DNA from: Dimorphilus gyrociliatus
Lineage: Eukaryota; Animalia; Annelida
Assembly (NCBI GenBank): GCA_904063045.1
Contig: CAJFCJ010000006.1
Coordinates: 4,852,408-4,916,407 of the forward strand
DNA: 64,000 nt
Direction of reading: 5' to 3'
Below, piece after piece: positions 61,574 to 64,000 of the stretch; position 1 is the stretch's first letter; every line of letters begins with the position of its first letter. A program made the position numbers and the translations under genes. The notes beneath the pieces are model-generated. The model did no database searches and was not told where the DNA came from. It saw nothing but the letters and a program-made list of their open reading frames with translations.

Positions 61574-61833
61574 AAGTGCTTATTATGTTCACGAACAAAA
61601 TTAGATAGGCTGAAATTTACATAGTCCAGAAAATATATTTTGTCAGTGTTATAGATAGACACGGACCAAAGAAAAAAAATTACTTATCACAAATTATAAG
61701 AGGAAAATATATAGGCCTAATTAAGCGCAAAGATTCGTGAGTAATCAACAGTAAGATGAGTCATTCTGTCCCGAAATTCCGTCTTCAGTAAGAGAACGGT
61801 ATATATTCAATTTTTTATTACCGCGCGTAAAAG

Positions 61834-61851
61834 ATATATATATATATATAT

Positions 61852-61907
<56 letters not shown>
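61834..61907. repeat. Long imperfect (TA)n microsatellite between the convergent QDPR and CAB39 genes
   Basis: Directly visible. Confidence 0.9.
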
Positions 61908-61913
<6 letters not shown>

Positions 61914-62107
61914 AGAAGAAATAATTATGGATGTAACCCATTAAAGCTCGAGAAAAATAATAAATTTTTGTTCTTGTTTCAATCGATAGGAACAGAACGT
62001 TTCTTTTTTGATGTCCACTTTACTGAAGTTTTTTCTTTGTTTTTTGTTTTACACAAGGAAAATTAGGAAAAAAATGACATCGTGCATGTGTGCGAATGTG
62101 TTTTTCT

Positions 62108-63154
62108 TCATTCGTCTTCGGCTCCTGGCTTCAATTCTCTTAGCTCCTTAATTTGCTTAATTAAATAGGCCTTTTCGTCGTTGAATTGTTCGTCATCTGC
62201 ACGGTCGGTATGAAATTTGCTCAAGAAATCGACGAGTTTCTCCTGATTGCGGAGGAGAATGTCAAGAATAGGTTTAGGTTTCGACGGATTGGCTACGAAA
62301 ACTTTAAAGACGTGAAAGGCCTCAAACTGGATGTTGCGCGATTTTTCGCGTAGAAGGCACATCATTAATTTCAGATTAGCTGCGCTTGATATATAGCGCG
62401 TCATCACGCTGAAGTTGTGCCGATCCAACAGTAATTCGCCCAATAGTTTCAAAGCTTGTCGTTTTGTTACATAATTCTCAGAGTTGAGTAGTTTCTGGTA
62501 ATGCTCTTCGAACACTTTCTCGTAGTTATTTTCCAAGAATTCGGCTATTAACATCTTATAACTTGACCGTGTAAGAAGCTCTTTGAACGTTGAAAAAGCG
62601 TCAGAGGCTATGTCAAAAGTAGACATCTCCACATAACTAAATAATTTATAAAATTCTTCGGAAGAAAGTATAATTCTCGCTAAGGCTTCATGCCTTGCAC
62701 ATTCTCTAAGCATTTGACCGCAACTTAGGGCTATTTCTTGATTCTCATAGCCTTTAAGTAGCATAAAGAGAACTTGAGGATTACTGCAAATATGTTCAAC
62801 TGTAGGAGACCTGGCACCTATCTGACGTCGTAAACACTTGTTAAAGATCTGCGCAACATCCTTTTTAGCTTCAAAGTCAACCGAGTGCAGATTCTCCACC
62901 ATCATTCTCAACATTCCCCCTGGTCCACCAGTAGCTTCTAATTCGTGACATAACTGCGCCACTATTTCCGCTTGAGGTTCTTGTTCCCCTGATCCACAAA
63001 TATAGTTCTTTATCATTTGAAGTGTTCTGGAAACTTCATCCTGAGCCTTCGATAATTTCTTCTCAGAGTCAGCTGCCTTCCTTAATGCCTGAAGGTTTTC
63101 AGCCAAATGACGAACTAGTTCGGGGTTACTTTTCGATTTTCCGAAAAGTGGCAT
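62108..63154 (-). CDS. CAB39: Calcium-binding protein 39 (MO25), intronless
   Basis: [76 protein letters not shown]; uninterrupted 348-aa ORF. Confidence 0.97.
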   Translation of the reverse strand: MPLFGKSKSNPELVRHLAENLQALRKAADSEKKLSKAQDEVSRTLQMIKNYICGSGEQEPQAEIVAQLCHELEATGGPGGMLRMMVENLHSVDFEAKKDVAQIFNKCLRRQIGARSPTVEHICSNPQVLFMLLKGYENQEIALSCGQMLRECARHEALARIILSSEEFYKLFSYVEMSTFDIASDAFSTFKELLTRSSYKMLIAEFLENNYEKVFEEHYQKLLNSENYVTKRQALKLLGELLLDRHNFSVMTRYISSAANLKLMMCLLREKSRNIQFEAFHVFKVFVANPSKPKPILDILLRNQEKLVDFLSKFHTDRADDEQFNDEKAYLIKQIKELRELKPGAEDE

Positions 63155-63607
63155 GACTTCTAGTACTATTCTTTTTAGCTGTCAAGATAAGAATGCGATT
63201 GAAAAGAGGCGTGGCGAACGATCGACAACCTGCTCTCGAAAACGCCAACTTTTATCATATTGTGCGCTAATTTCGATTGACCTTATCTTAAAATTGAAGA
63301 ATTCACTCACCTACTAATTAAAACAGGAATCGATTATCAGATGATGAGTAAGCCTGAAAATAGACGCTGGTCAACAACTGTTTTCAACGTCTTTTCAGAA
63401 AACTTTCTGCCCTACTTCTGCCATGGCGCATTTGTTTACCTTTTCCTACTGTAGACGGCGCTAAATTATTGAGCTGGATCAGAGTTCCTGCAACGTGGAC
63501 CTTGGTACCAGATCAAATTGCTGCGCATTTCCGGTTACGTCAAACTGTATTGAATTGAACCGACTGAAAACTAGCGTCTTTCACCCGCATTCCGCACTAG
63601 ACGTTAA

Positions 63608-63754
<147 letters not shown>

Positions 63755-64000
63755 TAACTTATTAAAATTGGTTCAGTCGTTTAATTTTTAAATATAAAGG
63801 TCTGGCAGTTTATTTAATTGCGTAAATACTCGTGGTCATAAACTAGATTTTCGATTCGAATCAAACAGCTGGCAGAATTTTTTGATTAAGATAAACAGAA
63901 GATAGTTTAAAAATACTTTACTATTAAAGTAACTTAAAATAATTAGACAGTCATCAATTCTTCTATTTTAGAATACTAATTAAAGTATAATACCAAAGAT

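Noticed and set aside
63342-63358. ATGATGA...CTGA box C/D-like pair (similar pair at 36143-36182)
   Set aside because: Boxes are far too close for a snoRNA and there is no supporting structure.

Overview
AT-rich, very gene-dense eukaryotic (metazoan) DNA with many short GT-AG introns (about 50-70 nt) and intergenic spacers often only 100-500 bp. The gene set and compaction suggest a small-genome invertebrate, possibly the miniature annelid Dimorphilus; that is inference, not proven here. By splicing exons manually I can support about 28 protein-coding genes: TYSND1, a CD38/BST1-type ADP-ribosyl cyclase, BCKDHA, a divergent FoxQ2-like factor, an SdsA1/BDS1-type alkyl sulfatase, an F-box/WD40 protein, SFXN5, an AT-hook/C2H2 protein, RhoBTB, IDUA, a prominin-like protein, an NHL-propeller protein, MARCHF2/3, GTF2H5, MGST3, an orphan secreted Cys/charge-repeat protein, XPC, an SLC10 transporter, an Orange-less HES, a Cys-rich microprotein, RPL32, EDRF1, PRADC1, KCMF1, QDPR, CAB39, the first exon of SERP1, and a gene running off the left edge. 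GTF2H5, MGST3, SERP1 exon 1 and the microprotein are absent from the ORF track. No prokaryotic systems, CRISPR arrays, tRNA/rRNA genes or intact transposons were seen. The best leads are: (1) a ~140-nt intergenic four-hairpin box C/D RNA with U8 snoRNA architecture (32853-32993); (2) a spliced CxxC-GCGxH-CxC microprotein (50581-50855); (3) a secreted modular Cys-rich/polyampholyte protein (36351-37731); (4) a FoxQ2-like factor with a rewritten recognition helix and a CtBP motif; (5) a minimal HES lacking both the Orange domain and the basic-region proline; (6) a membrane-anchored alkyl sulfatase; and (7) recurrent non-coding TAGGCCTA palindromes.
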